Shown here: piece by piece, positions 28,201 through 64,000 of the stretch | Layout: each line of letters starts with the position of its first letter | Position numbering within the stretch: position 1 is the first letter of the stretch | Assembly: GCA_965112155.1 (NCBI GenBank) | Contig: OZ218106.1 | Length of the DNA stretch: 64,000 nt | Direction: 5' to 3' (one strand) | From: Podarcis liolepis | Taxonomy: Eukaryota | Position numbers and translations under genes: made by a program | The notes under the pieces: model-generated | What the model saw: only the letters and a program-made list of their open reading frames with translations | Told to the model about the DNA's origin: nothing | Databases searched by the model: none

Positions 28201-30043
28201 TGTTTGCCATGTGTAAAGTGTAAAACAAAAGGAGAAAAGAATATGTTTCCAACTACACTGACCATGTAAAATAATCCATTCAAAATACAATGCACTTAGG
28301 GAATTCTGAAGCAATATAATGATTTGACAGCATCTGTTTTTTCCATTTAGATTCTCAAGATACCCCAGTGAATTCTTATTTCTCTTTTCTCTTCTTAGGG
28401 AATGTTGCCAAATCCAAAAGAAACACCATTTCTCGTATCTTTTGCAATAGCTCAAGCTGTGACTGTATTTTCTGGCATACTGTCATACCCCTTTGACACT
28501 GTCAGAAGACGCATGATGATGCAGGTAAACAACATATACTTGCTAGTGTCTATGCACAGGAGGCCTATCTAGAAGGGTAGAGTCCTGGGGGGAATTCTAG
28601 GAGGGGAAATATACGGTAAAAAAATTTCAAAGCTACACTCTTCTCCTGTCCCCCACTGACATCCTTCAATTTGCATTTGCAGAGGCTCCTGCAGCCATTT
28701 TTATCAATCAGCTAATTGCACAGCATAGCATATCACATATAACAAGTGCTATCACCAGGTCCCTCTCAGGTGGGGGGGGGAGAATTTCCCTGGGTATGTG
28801 GACCCTACATTCGGACCCTACATTTTGACCACAGATTTGTGTGGTTGCCCAGCTGGCTAGTCAGAAACACGTATTTGGCTGTTGATGTGCTGAGCAAACC
28901 AGGTGATTATGCTTTTTCATGGTTTAATTTCGAAGCAGCAGTGTGTGTCTCTGTGTTTATTTTTATTCTTCTCCTGTTGCTGGTAAGGGGGCAGTAACCA
29001 TCTTGTTGTCACCCTGTGGTGCAAAGAATGCAAGCTCTGTCGTGTGCTTTCTTGAAGGTCTGTGTATTTCAGCAATGTGGGTCTGCCTGACAGCTGTTTT
29101 ATTTGCAAAAAGAGAAACAACTTATGTAATTTTATGTAATCTTCCTTCTGGATTTTTTCCCCCAACATTAGAGACTTTTGAAAAGGATGTATGCCAATTT
29201 GGAAGCAAGAGAAATTAATTTTTTATATCTTACAGATTTATATGGAATACTATTTGACTGTCTCAATATAAATATCTATCTTAAAAAATAGATTAAGAAA
29301 ATTAGATTCTCCAGTGTAAACATTTTGACGCAAACACATTTTTTTAAATATCTATTAAAAAAAACCATACTACCAACTTTGGGGAAATCTAAACACTTCT
29401 AGATTGGTACTTGTTGATGTTGGTGATGGGGGTGGGGAACCATGTGAAGTTCAGCGAAAAGGCAGTGAAGAACAATGTTCCAAAAATATGCTTCAGACAT
29501 TATCCAAGAATCAGCATGCTTCAAAACACCCTGAGGAATGACATGACCTTGTTTAACTCTGAAGCTTAAAAGAAACATCACAAGAAGATCACAGACTTGC
29601 TAAATTTAGCTGCAGAGAACTACATCAGAGAAGCATTTACTCATTAAGGTTCTTATATTGAAACAGAGATAAAATTAGTGAGAGGTGTTTCTAGACTTAT
29701 AATTACAAAAATGCCTAATACTATATATCAGACCCTAGACTGAAAATTATAAAAATACCAAATGCCAGATTAGACCCTTGCCACATAGTAAGCATGTACA
29801 TTTTCCAATCATCTGTCTTTGTTTAAAATTATTTTAACACAGAGTGGAGAGGCTGAACGTCAGTACAAAGGAACCATTGACTGCTTTTTCAAGATATACA
29901 ACCAGGAAGGATTAAATGCCTTTTTTCGGGGAGCCTTTTCAAATGTACTTCGTGGGACAGGCGGTGCCTTGGTGTTGGTCCTTTATGACAAAATTAAGGA
30001 GTTTCTTAATATTGATCCATCAATAGGCCGATCATCTGACTAA
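19008..30043 (+). CDS. SLC25A31: ADP/ATP translocase 4 (ANT4/AAC4), complete 6-exon CDS, 314 aa
   Basis: Exons 19008-19224, 22872-22999, 26675-26792, 27199-27353, 28399-28524, 29843-30043 (945 nt including TAA). Carrier motifs [31 protein letters not shown]. The 6-exon layout, the terminal extensions and the position between INTU and HSPA4L identify ANT4 rather than ANT1-3. Confidence 0.96.
19492..19515. repeat. (TG)n microsatellite
   Basis: About 12 TG units in SLC25A31 intron 1. Confidence 0.9.
19902..19990. repeat. About 90-bp palindromic squamate repeat; similar copies near 3622-3695 and 14360-14440
   Basis: Shared core taagccccactgagttcagtgggacttactcccag with internal inverted symmetry. 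Confidence 0.5.
22143..22497 (+). mobile_element. Sauria SINE, slightly 5'-truncated
   Basis: A box TGGCGCTGTGG, B box GGTTCGAATCC, BovB-like 3' end, (TTTACC)n tail; 11-bp TSD TTACCATCACA at 22132-22142 and 22498-22508. Confidence 0.92.
22872..22999 (+). CDS. SLC25A31: SLC25A31 exon 2
   Basis: ctgtag|GA TTT..AAA CAG|gtaaat; [31 protein letters not shown]. Confidence 0.95.
24607..24848. mobile_element. Tc1/mariner (Tigger-like) MITE, family A
   Basis: TIR CAGTGGTACCTCGGGTTA / TAACCCGAGGTACCACTG, TA TSD, internal TTCAGGTTA repeats. Confidence 0.9.
25368..25727 (-). mobile_element. Sauria SINE, second subfamily, full length
   Basis: Reverse-strand A and B boxes, GGTAAA tail; 12-bp TSD AAGTTAAGGGTA at 25356-25367 and 25728-25739. 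Confidence 0.92.
25890..26290 (-). mobile_element. Degraded Penelope-like element fragment (GIY-YIG C-terminus and 3' end)
   Basis: Minus strand reads [22 protein letters not shown], resembling the end of reptile Penelope ORFs; boundaries approximate. Confidence 0.5.
26675..26792 (+). CDS. SLC25A31: SLC25A31 exon 3
   Basis: tttcag|TTC GGG..AAA G|gtaaga; [26 protein letters not shown]. Confidence 0.95.
27199..27353 (+). CDS. SLC25A31: SLC25A31 exon 4
   Basis: ttttag|GT ATG..ATA AAA|gtaagt; [32 protein letters not shown]. Confidence 0.95.
28399..28524 (+). CDS. SLC25A31: SLC25A31 exon 5
   Basis: tcttag|GGA ATG..ATG CAG|gtaaac; [14 protein letters not shown]. Confidence 0.95.
29843..30043 (+). 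CDS. SLC25A31: SLC25A31 exon 6 (coding part)
   Basis: acacag|AGT GGA..GAC TAA; [29 protein letters not shown]. Confidence 0.95.
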   Translation, partial: SGEAERQYKGTIDCFFKIYNQEGLNAFFRGAFSNVLRGTGGALVLVLYDKIKEFLNIDPSIGRSSD

Positions 30044-30834
30044 AGTCACTGATAATAGTCACCTGTCCCTACTGTTAAAAATGTCATTCATTATTATATG
30101 ATGAGTACTGTAAGAACAATCAAAAGTTTTGCATGGGTCTGCTAATCATTTACACTAATGATTTGAAGGCAGCTAAAGCATGATTTGTTTCCTGTCATAA
30201 AGAGTTGCATTTACTTGTTTTTGTGTGTGTGCATTCCTTCCAAATGCCTAGCTTTCGTTTTTTCACTTGTATTTGTTGTGTCACTCATTTTCACTACCAA
30301 GTCAAAACCAAGGTTGCTGCTATTTTCATCTGACAATTGGGCAACTTATAGTGACAAAACCCTGTTGAGTTCATGAATGAGCTGAGGTTGGAACCCAGAT
30401 TTCCATGAGGAAAGGGCAGCACCAGTCACTAGAGAGCATTGGGGAACATGCAGCCCTCCAGATGTCCAAATTTTCTTCAGCCCAAACCAGCATGGCCAAT
30501 GATCAGAGATAATAGGAGTTGTAGTCCCACAACATCTGGAGGGCCACAGATTCCCTATCCATGCACCAGATTTTAGATTTTTTTAAATTAGTGCAGTCAG
30601 AAATGAGGTGCTTTTCCTGACAAGACACACATCCGTCTGTTTTTATGAGGCAGTTTAATATCCACAGCCATCAAGGTAGCAGAGCTCTTGCAAAAGTTCT
30701 AATTTTCAAATCTTTAACTCCACACTAATCCTTTCCAAGTTAATAGAATTGCTCTGGTGTAAATTACAGAAATGTGGAGGAAAGCAAATGGCTATGAATA
30801 GATGTAGCTTATGGTACTTACTAGACAGCTTGCT

Positions 30835-31430
30835 TGCATACGTATTTATAGCACTTCTATCCGGCCTTTTGCCAAATAGCCTTAAGGCGGCTAACAATGT
30901 GAAGTAGTAAAATGCAATAAACATAACAACAAGAGATAGCTAACTAAAACAGCAGATAAAACAATAGAGAGGGTAATTAGAAACTCAGATAAAGACAACA
31001 TAAACAGAAGTGAGAATAAACTATGAGTCATTAAAGGCACAAAGAACATGACAAACTTCATCTGACACTTAAAAGATTACAAAGAAGGTGCCAGGAAGAT
31101 ATGCCTGAGAAGGGAGTTGCCACATGCCAACTGTGGTTGGGCCCCCAAAAGAAGGGCCTTAGAAAAAGATCTGTCTGGTTCATGTGGAAGAAGACCGTCC
31201 TTTAGATATCCCTGCCATGGAGTATAAAGAGCAAAAACAGCACTTTGAATTGAGCCCATAAACAAGCAAAGTGGGAGCCAGTGAAAAATATATTTACTGA
31301 AGTGATGTATCCTTAGCAGTTAGCTTCGGTAAATAGTCTAGAGATGGCATTCTGCACCAGTTGAAGCTTCCATGGTGCTTTTCAGAGGCAGCTTTAAAAG
31401 TGGTGCGGTACAGTATTGTGACCCGGGTGT
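30835..31430 (-). mobile_element. Old L2-like LINE 3' fragment
   Basis: Diverged motifs cagcactttgaattgagccc and gcattctgcaccagttgaagcttcc, typical of squamate L2 on the reverse strand; boundaries approximate. Confidence 0.55.
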
Positions 31431-33082
31431 TACCAGTCTGAGAAGGACAGGCCAGAGAATACCTTAGAGAACATGCCTTGAAGAATTTGAGAAAAAGTTG
31501 AAAGCTACTATCACTTAGTCATGCCCAAGAAAACGACATTGATTTGCCCAGCTTGACATGTAACCCTCACAGACCTTGGGGATATACAAAACAACATTTG
31601 ACCATTAAGTCAATGTGAAATCAAGGCTGGTTAGGTTCCCACTCCTTCACCAAATCAAATGTAAAAAAGCACTCAGGGTTGCCAGCTGAATGGCTGACTT
31701 CCACCACCTTGAAATAGAAAATTAAGGCAGAAAAAAAATCTGCGTCTCATTCAACAGATGGTGGGAGTGTGTTAATTCTTATACTACTAGCCAACAAGCT
31801 TGCAGGAGAATCCTTTCCCCTGGTATATTCCTTTCACGCTTGCAGAATAAACCTGTGGCGATAACAGATGCTCAGTTGGCAGCACCCTGAAAGCGTGTTT
31901 CAGAGAGGACAAAACTACAGTTGTTTCAGTATGCCACATTTCCATATGCCTACTTTCAGAGGAAGCCCAAAAGAGGTCTTGGAAGATGGGGTTTAGGTGA
32001 TGGCACTCTCATTCCTCCTGGAAATAATGGGTCATTATTTCCTGTTCCATCGTTTAGAAAACCACAAGGTTCTTTGACATGGAAGGTGGTAGAACTGCAG
32101 AAGAATCTAGCAGAGCAGAGGTTCTCAAAGTTTCTACCCTCCAGGACACACTTGAGAGGCGTGGAAATTGCTGGAACCCACTAAGTCACAAAATGGCAAG
32201 GAAAGGGTGGAGCCAAATACTGTTGGGTAGAGGAGGAGTTTGGCATAAGCAGCAGTTATGGACATCAAATTCTGTTGATAATTAATCCCTTTTTGTAAAT
32301 TGCTAATTTTGGCAAAGTTTCATAACTAATTTTTCCTGAGGCCAAAAATGGGCATTAGCCCTGACTGTAGTGTGACATGCTCATTTTAGGGACACCTTAC
32401 TCATCTAATGGCTCTATCTGGACAGAGTTTTTTATTCTGCATCCCCTATGCCTTTCAAAAGTATTTTTACTCATCTATAATTTCTTTCCCCCTTTTCTTT
32501 TCACTCTCAGTTTGTACCTTATTTCTCCACACCCAGACTGTCAATTCCTTTAATCTCTCTGTCCTTCCTCCTATAGCAGCTTTACATTATTAACAATTGT
32601 ATGCACTCATTATTTCCTTTAGCACATCCTATGGCCCTTTCCCTTCAGAGGAAGGAAGCACCTGCCTTCACCCCTCCCAAATTCACCAACAACCTTTGCT
32701 CAGCGTGTGGGGAGTTGCTGGTGCTGGCTTCAGTTCAACCCAAAACTATGGCATGGCCAGAGGGCTGGTTGAGTGTGTGAGGAGGCACTGGGTAGGCTAT
32801 GGAATGAGGATCTGTTGTGGGCCCTGGTCCACCATTTAAGAATCTGGACGCCCAGATTCCCTTTCCCTCCATCTCCTCTGAAAACGCCCCCCCCCCTCAA
32901 CCTTTGTGAACCTTGGAAAGTATTTCTTACATTTTTTTAAATCTCATGTAAACCATAACAGTTCAACCTTTATAGGACGTTGGAGGAGAGAAGGAACCAC
33001 AAAATATGAAAGCAGCGGTAATACGTTGATGCAATAGCATGACCACCATTAAGGGCAAAAGGTCCAGAAATTCTACAGGATG

Positions 33083-33096
33083 GTTACCATGGCAAC
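33083..33096. promoter_or_regulatory. Perfect RFX X-box (GTTACCATGGCAAC), candidate enhancer
   Basis: Exact match to the GTTRCCATGGYAAC consensus in apparently non-repetitive intergenic DNA. Confidence 0.5.
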
Positions 33097-33529
33097 ACTC
33101 CCAAAGCCTACTTGTTTTGCTTGGGAATGAATTGTATATGAGCGTACAAGGTGTTATGTTCAGTGGTTTGTTTTTCATAAGCACTGCTACTCAGTTGTGA
33201 CTCTTAAGGGAGGCATAATGTTTGGAACTGAATATGCTGGTAAAATGATTTACAGCCTGCTGCACAGGGATGAGGTTGCAAGGCACATTATATCTATAGT
33301 CTTCCCTAGTGAAGCCCTCAGAAAGGCAGCTTTTCTCACAGAATAGGCTGTATTTGTCAAGAGATGAGAACATTTGCTTTTCTATGCAGTTCTAGGGCAG
33401 CCTTTAAAGGCGCTTTCTCATTAACAGTGTAGATTTTCCTACTTTAGAAGAGGAGAACGCAATTTCATTTGCTTGTGCATGTATAACATTGTATTGGTAA
33501 CTTTTTAAAAAGTGTATGTATAAATGTAA

Positions 33530-34235
33530 ATGTTGTTGGCATCCGTATGTCTCGAGAGACAATGGAGTGCACCTCCAGCCGTGAAATCAAACCTCTGTGT
33601 TAGCAGTACCAAAGTAACCTTGAGGTGCAAGCCTGGGCAGTGTGTATGGAGGCCCTGGGATGCCAAGACAATAAGACCCCCATCTTGGCCTCACTGATGT
33701 GGTTTAAAGGAAAGCAGAGCAATACATTTGGCACCAGCTGGGCTGCAGGAGTTGCCAGAAGATGACATAGAAGGCGCCATCCAACAGTCTTAGGGACTTC
33801 ACTCCAATTTAGCGTTTTCTTCTCCTGGAAATATTCTGCAAGGCAGCAGAGGTTTAGGATCAGAGTTTTCCTTCTCTTAGATGGGCTACCCTGCCAGGTT
33901 AATGAACCCCATCTGTCCCTCACTTCTCTCTGCAGCACAGGCAGAAACTGTCTTTATTGGACCCACTGTTGGTCTCATCTGCTCAATCTGCTGGAGATTG
34001 CCGCATGCAAAGGGAAGCTCCTAATTTTTCCAGGGTTTAAGACCCATCGTCTACCCTCCATTGGTTTAGCCAGCCAATCTAAGCCATTCTCAGGGTGTGG
34101 CGACTGTCGCACACTGACGGCTTCTAGGAGCCACTGCTGAGAGCTGAATGCAGGGTGGAGACCAAAGGTGGACAAATTATCCCAGATGTGTCTCCCACCA
34201 GAGGTACTACCCCTCCTTTAACATCCCATGTACCC
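33530..34235 (-). mobile_element. RTE-type LINE-derived non-autonomous element
   Basis: gttgttggcatcc..tctcgagagacaatggag and ccttctcttagatgggctacc motifs recognised from squamate RTE-like repeats; no intact ORF. Confidence 0.5.
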
Positions 34236-34255
34236 CATGTGTAAATACACAATTA

Positions 34256-34470
34256 CAGTAGTGCCCCGGGTTACAGACGCTTCAGGTTACAGACTCTGCT
34301 AACCCAGGAATAGTACCTCGGGTTAAGAACTTTGCTTCAGGATGAGAACAGAAATTGCACGGTGGCAGCGGGAGGCCCCATTAGCTAAAGTGGTACCTCA
34401 GGTTAAGAACAGTTTCAGGTTAAGAACGGACTTCCAGAACGAATTAAATTCTTAATCCGAGGTACCACTG
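34256..34470. mobile_element. Tc1/mariner MITE, family A
   Basis: Homologous to 24607-24848; TA on both flanks. Confidence 0.88.
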
Positions 34471-36379
34471 TAGTATATATGACCAAGCAATCTGTATTTC
34501 CAGGACTGTCCTGGGAAAATCGGGACACTTGGAGGGTATGTGACCAGCCTGCACAGTTCATGGGCAGGAAGTGCCTGATGGAGCTGGGATGAAATTAACT
34601 CTGCTTCACAGCTCTCCCACTGAGGAAGTTTGATGGAATGGCTGCCCTAGATAACAGCTGAAGGGGAAGAAGCCTGATGGTGCTGGCCTATGTCTATAGT
34701 GAAACAGTGGTATTTCACTATAGACTATAAAAAGAGGGGGTTGGATCAAGGAAACCAATAGGAAGAAAAACTGATACTTGGATAATTCTTCATGACTCCT
34801 CCCATTGAGATTAACTAGAAACTCTCAAGCAGGCAGGACCTGCTTACCAGTACACTTCCAGTTAGGACTGGAAAGGACATTTGCTAAAATGAGACTTGTG
34901 ACTAAACATGACAGAAATACCTTTGTCATGGATAAGAGCATTAAGTGCTGCATTGAACCTCCATTTTCATTCAGTTTCCACCTGATTATGAAGAAGCAAT
35001 GCCTCAACTGTTGTAAAAAGAGTTCTGGTCTGTGAGCAACCTGGTGCAACAATTATTATCACCAAAAATGTATCCAGAAACTGACAAATACAAGTTAGAT
35101 ACCCAGCTACCTATGATGGTCCCTAAAGCAATGCTTTTGGGGAAACTATCAGCATCATGTAGCTGCCCCTCCCAACATGACATTTTGTGGTGAGCTTAGC
35201 CTCCTTATTCCCTTCCTGGCACTTCTCATACACATCTACAAATCTGTAAACACTGCATTTTAATTTTATTCAGTGCAACAACACTTAGAGGCCACTTTAG
35301 TTCACTGACATATGTATCAGAAAAGGGAAAATAATGATTTAATGATGAAAATATAGTGACTACTCCTTTAATCGCCTCTTGATTTCAGGCCTGATCATTC
35401 AGTATTCGGTTTGCAATGCAGTGCAGGTAACTGCTACAAGATAGTACTGGAAGTAAAACCTGTTCCTTTGATGCAGAGGGCATGTTTTACAGAAATCCCT
35501 CTGACACATGCCCTGACTAGTAATCTCTGCTTTGCTAGATCACCGGGTGTGGAAATTTCTTTTCTCTCTCTCTCTCTCTAGTTTACATTTTTAATTGTTT
35601 TCTTCACAATAGATTTCTATGACATAGTTACTTGTGACATACTCTGGATGACACAAGAGCATTTGAGTAATGCAGATTGTTCTGAGACCACATTGGATTC
35701 TGGGTCTTCAAGACTCTTCAAGTGCTCTAGAGTGTCACTACCCTAGGCACTCTTTGAGCATAATAGTAAATTAAAATGGCAGCTCCACTTCCAGGTCCCT
35801 CTTTGAGTGTTGCTGCACCACCACTGCCAGGTGCACCACCCTGCCCCCATGACAAAGGGTGCCTGGGGTGTGCTGATGTCACACACGGCACACCCCATGG
35901 CATGCATGTGCTGCTGAGTAGAAGTTGGGGGGCAGCCCCTTCACTGAAAATTTGTGGGTGCCTGGGCCCCAACAGCCCCGCATAGATGGCGCCTATGACC
36001 ATTCCCAAGTGAGCCTGAGATGGCCCACCAGCGTAAGAGAGGGCCCAGCAGAGTGCATTTGCCCAGACCTCCAAAAAATGCCGTTATTTTTAGTCAGAGT
36101 TGGCAGAGCTGGGCTAGATTGCCCAATAGTCTGACTCAATAGAATGCAGCTTCATTACATTCACATACTGTAATTGTCGGCACTGTGCGAAGGGCAGGTA
36201 TTTTTTTTAATAAAGTAAATTAAATACATAGTCCATCAGTTACAAAAGGGAGTAGGGTTTGTGTGTGCATAGAGCAATTTCCAGAAACATACTTTTTTGT
36301 GATTCTGGCCTGAATAGCTGTAAAAGGGGCAAGAGCTTGTCTGGTCCTGCTGTCAGGAAAAGACCATGCTGTGATTAAT

Positions 36380-36510
36380 CAAGGCATGTGAGGGGAACCT
36401 TTGGCCCTCCAGATGGTGTTGAACTACAACCCCCATATGTCCCCAATGGCCAGGGATGATGGAAGTTGTGGTTCAGTAACATCTGGAGGGCCAAAGGTTC
36501 CCCATACCTG
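36380..36510. mobile_element. hAT-like hairpin MITE
   Basis: Perfect 24-bp inverted repeat at 36392-36415 and 36480-36503. Confidence 0.75.
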
Positions 36511-38214
36511 AATTAGGGAAACCATAATAAGCAAATACTTCTGCTGCTATGACAGCAGTGAACCTTGAACATTCCTTATTCCGATTCCTTTGGCTGCTTA
36601 CCTAACAGTGTGGAAGATTCTAAAGGGTGTGGAATCAATAGAACAAAACTGCCCTCAACCTCTAAGTGATGTGGGATTCAGGTCTCCTTGATCAGAAGAG
36701 TGCTATGCAAAGTCCTGAAGTAATAACATATAGACAAGGAAGGTGATGACTGAAATAAAACTACAGCTGAAATACCTTTCTGGTTTGCCCATTGTAAAGG
36801 TTATTTCCCCCCACCTGCAAAGGGAGTCTAGTTCATGAGGCAGTGATACACTGTGTGTGTCAGAATGTTACCATGTTTCATGTCACAATGGTATGACATC
36901 TTCCCCAAAACACAACACAGAAGTTTTTGATAAGATCTATAAGATTTCTGTGCGATCTCTGCTGCTAATGTATTGAGGATGGGGGTTGAGTGTGAACAAA
37001 CAAGACATGAATTGATTGGATAATCTTCTATTGATTTTTATTATTGTCCAATTAATTTTTACTATCAGCCAGGTGTCTTTTTATAACAAAACATTTGTAT
37101 AGCCTCTTATCATTGGAATTTAGTTTTCATTAATATCTAGCAGTGCTGGTGCATGTAGTGAGTTCAGGTTACATGTATAAATGAACTCATCACTGAGAAT
37201 CAGGGCATTGTGCTTTTTCTGTAGTGCGAAGATGTTCGTTTTTATTCCGTTCTTCTTAAAATACATTGTTGGCCCTTTTTTTAAAAAGTGATTTTATTGT
37301 AAATATGCAGCAAAATACATAACAATAAAAAACAGTAATAAAAACGTATTTCCCCTTCCCCCTTTCTTGTATTACCTTTTTATTGAAATACAGATACTTC
37401 CTTCCATTGCCTTGCAACATATCTATGCTGTTTAATAATGGGAAAACCCTTTCATGTCTTCAGATTTGAAACATGAAGAATAATAGTTAACACCCACATG
37501 AAATAAGATCTGCTTAGCTATGTCAATCTGTGTAATTACAGAAAATGATAAGTTAATAAGCAATCATGGTTTAATCAAATAATGACTCATTGAGCTTCAA
37601 ATCCTCAAGTTGTCCTGTTGAAATTTCCAGGACTACTCTGGGGTGGAGACTTACAATCATAGGGTGTGACCACATTCCCATTTACTGTGGCTCCAGTGCA
37701 CTCACAACACCGGATTTTTAAGCTGGGTTCACATGATGTTGGACCCAATCCATCTGTATCCTGTAGCTTTTGGAGAAATGCTCCTATTCCATACGCGTTT
37801 TCCTCAAACGAGCTTCAGTGTGATTTGAAAATGGAAGCCACAATTGGTGTGAACAGTTCAGGATACGTGCACACAAATAATGGCACATGCTCAAACGAAA
37901 GCTTCACTGACGGGTGTTCAGAGCAGGAAAAGCAATAATTGGGTGAAGACACACCCAGCCAGCTGTGGTGTGAACAGAAGAAGAAGGAAGTAAATTGAAA
38001 GCGCAGCAGTGGGAAACAACCTCATACTGTTTCAAGCAGAACTGAATATAAAAAAGAAGTCCAGGAAGCTGGATTGGATATAAGGGCAATAGTGGGGCAG
38101 CATCCCACCCAACCTAACAAACCAACCTCCACTGTCATCCCCTGACAAGGGAGAGTGGGGGGGGGGGACCAGCTCCCCCCCATCCACAAAAAATATTGAA
38201 AAGCATTGAAAGTA

Positions 38215-38456
38215 CAGTGGTACCTCAGGTTAAGTACTTACTTCATTCTGGAGTTCCGTACTTAACCTGAAACTGTTCTTAACCTGAATCACCACTTTAG
38301 CTAATGGGGCCTCCCACTGCTGCTGCGTCGTAGAAGCACAATTTCTGTTCTCATCCTGAAGCAAAGTTCTTAACTTGAAGCACTATTTCTGGGTTAGCAG
38401 AGTCTGTAACTTGAAGCGTATGTAACCTGAAGCGTATGTAACCCAAGGTACCACTG
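38215..38456. mobile_element. Tc1/mariner MITE, family A, opposite orientation to the other two copies
   Basis: TA|CAGTGGTACCTC..GGTACCACTG|TA; reverse-complement homology to 24607-24848. Confidence 0.9.
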
Positions 38457-39178
38457 TATTCAATTAACTGAGGTTCTACCCCCCAACCAAAGCCTGCCCC
38501 CCCATAATGTCCTATTTTGGGGGGTATATTTACCCATGATTTCTCAAAAAAAGCTCAATAACCTTGGAATCCTAGCTCTGCCCATGTTCTCTGAAGTGAA
38601 CTTTTTTCACTAGAAACCTCATCCGTGCCACTCCATAAATGTTTCTGGTCAGAGTAAATTGTACGCCAAAGGCTTCACACCATAATGTATACTTTGCATA
38701 GCAACTGCCACCTCCACCCCGTCGTCCCACTAACAACCATATTTTCCCAAGATGCAAAACTTAATTATTACTATTGTATAAGTAATATATATATTGGACA
38801 ATAGGAACACTTAATATCTGTTTGCTTATGCAATACGATTGAGTTATAGTGTTTCTCTTAATTTTTTCCCCCTTTTACTATTATTTGCTCATCAGGCGCC
38901 TGGGAGCCCCATTTCAATAATTAACCAATCTCTCTCTGTGGATTTTCAATTCGTTGCTTAATTTATTTCTGAATAAGAATATCTAGGCTGCTGGGCCGGC
39001 CTCTGTCATGTTAGGCCACTCCCAGAAATACTTTTTCCAAAGTCACATGTTCCTGCCGCGCGACCAAACCACCTTAGCAGCAGCAGCAGTACTGACATCT
39101 GGCCGCAAGATGGCGACCGAGGCCACCGCCCCCCCCTCCCCGCGCGCGCTCTCTCTCTCTGCTGCTCACCTTGCCCCC

Positions 39179-39198
39179 TTTCCAGATCTTTCTCGAAC
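39179..39198. promoter_or_regulatory. Heat shock element (four alternating nGAAn units, one imperfect)
   Basis: tTTCc aGATc tTTCt cGAAc, about 280 bp upstream of the HSPA4L ATG. Confidence 0.65.
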
Positions 39199-39348
39199 TC
39201 GGGGAGGCTTGTCGGAGAGCCTGTGCGGAAAGAGCCGAATGCCGCAGCCGGAGTTTCGCGGCGTCCCCGCTTGGCGGCCTCTGGCGCGCGTGGGCGCGCG
39301 TGCGCAGAGGCGAGGAAGTGCCGGTTGGTGGCTGTTGCTCCGCAGTGA

Positions 39349-63986
<24,638 letters not shown>

Positions 63987-64000
63987 GTAGGTCCATAAGA

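Noticed and set aside
35333-35399. C/D snoRNA-like pattern (ATGATGA..CTGA with an aatga/tcatt stem)
   Set aside because: Intergenic with no host intron, very short, and no clear C'/D' boxes or recognisable guide. An Infernal/Rfam or snoscan hit would be needed.

Overview
Vertebrate genomic DNA, intron-rich and AT-rich. The repeat content (Sauria SINEs, BovB 3' ends, CAGTGGTACCTC-TIR MITEs) points to a squamate, probably a lacertid lizard; the species call is inference. Three spliced genes lie on the + strand in the same order as human 4q28. INTU: last 14 coding exons, 1052-16686, 5' end outside the window. SLC25A31/ANT4: complete, 6 exons, 19008-30043, 314 aa, RRRMMM signature. HSPA4L: first 17 coding exons, 39481-63986, with a CpG-island promoter and a heat-shock element; it continues past the window. 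All exons were traced by hand from GT-AG boundaries, and reading phases join without frameshift or internal stop. Most ORFs in the supplied track are exon fragments or noise. I see no clearly new gene system. The best second-look items are: a perfect intergenic RFX X-box among three cilia/germ-cell genes; templated-insertion scars, including 28 bp of an INTU intron copied into the ANT4 promoter; an intact ANT4 in a probable ZW lineage; and a Tc1/mariner-type MITE with a TG instead of TA target duplication.
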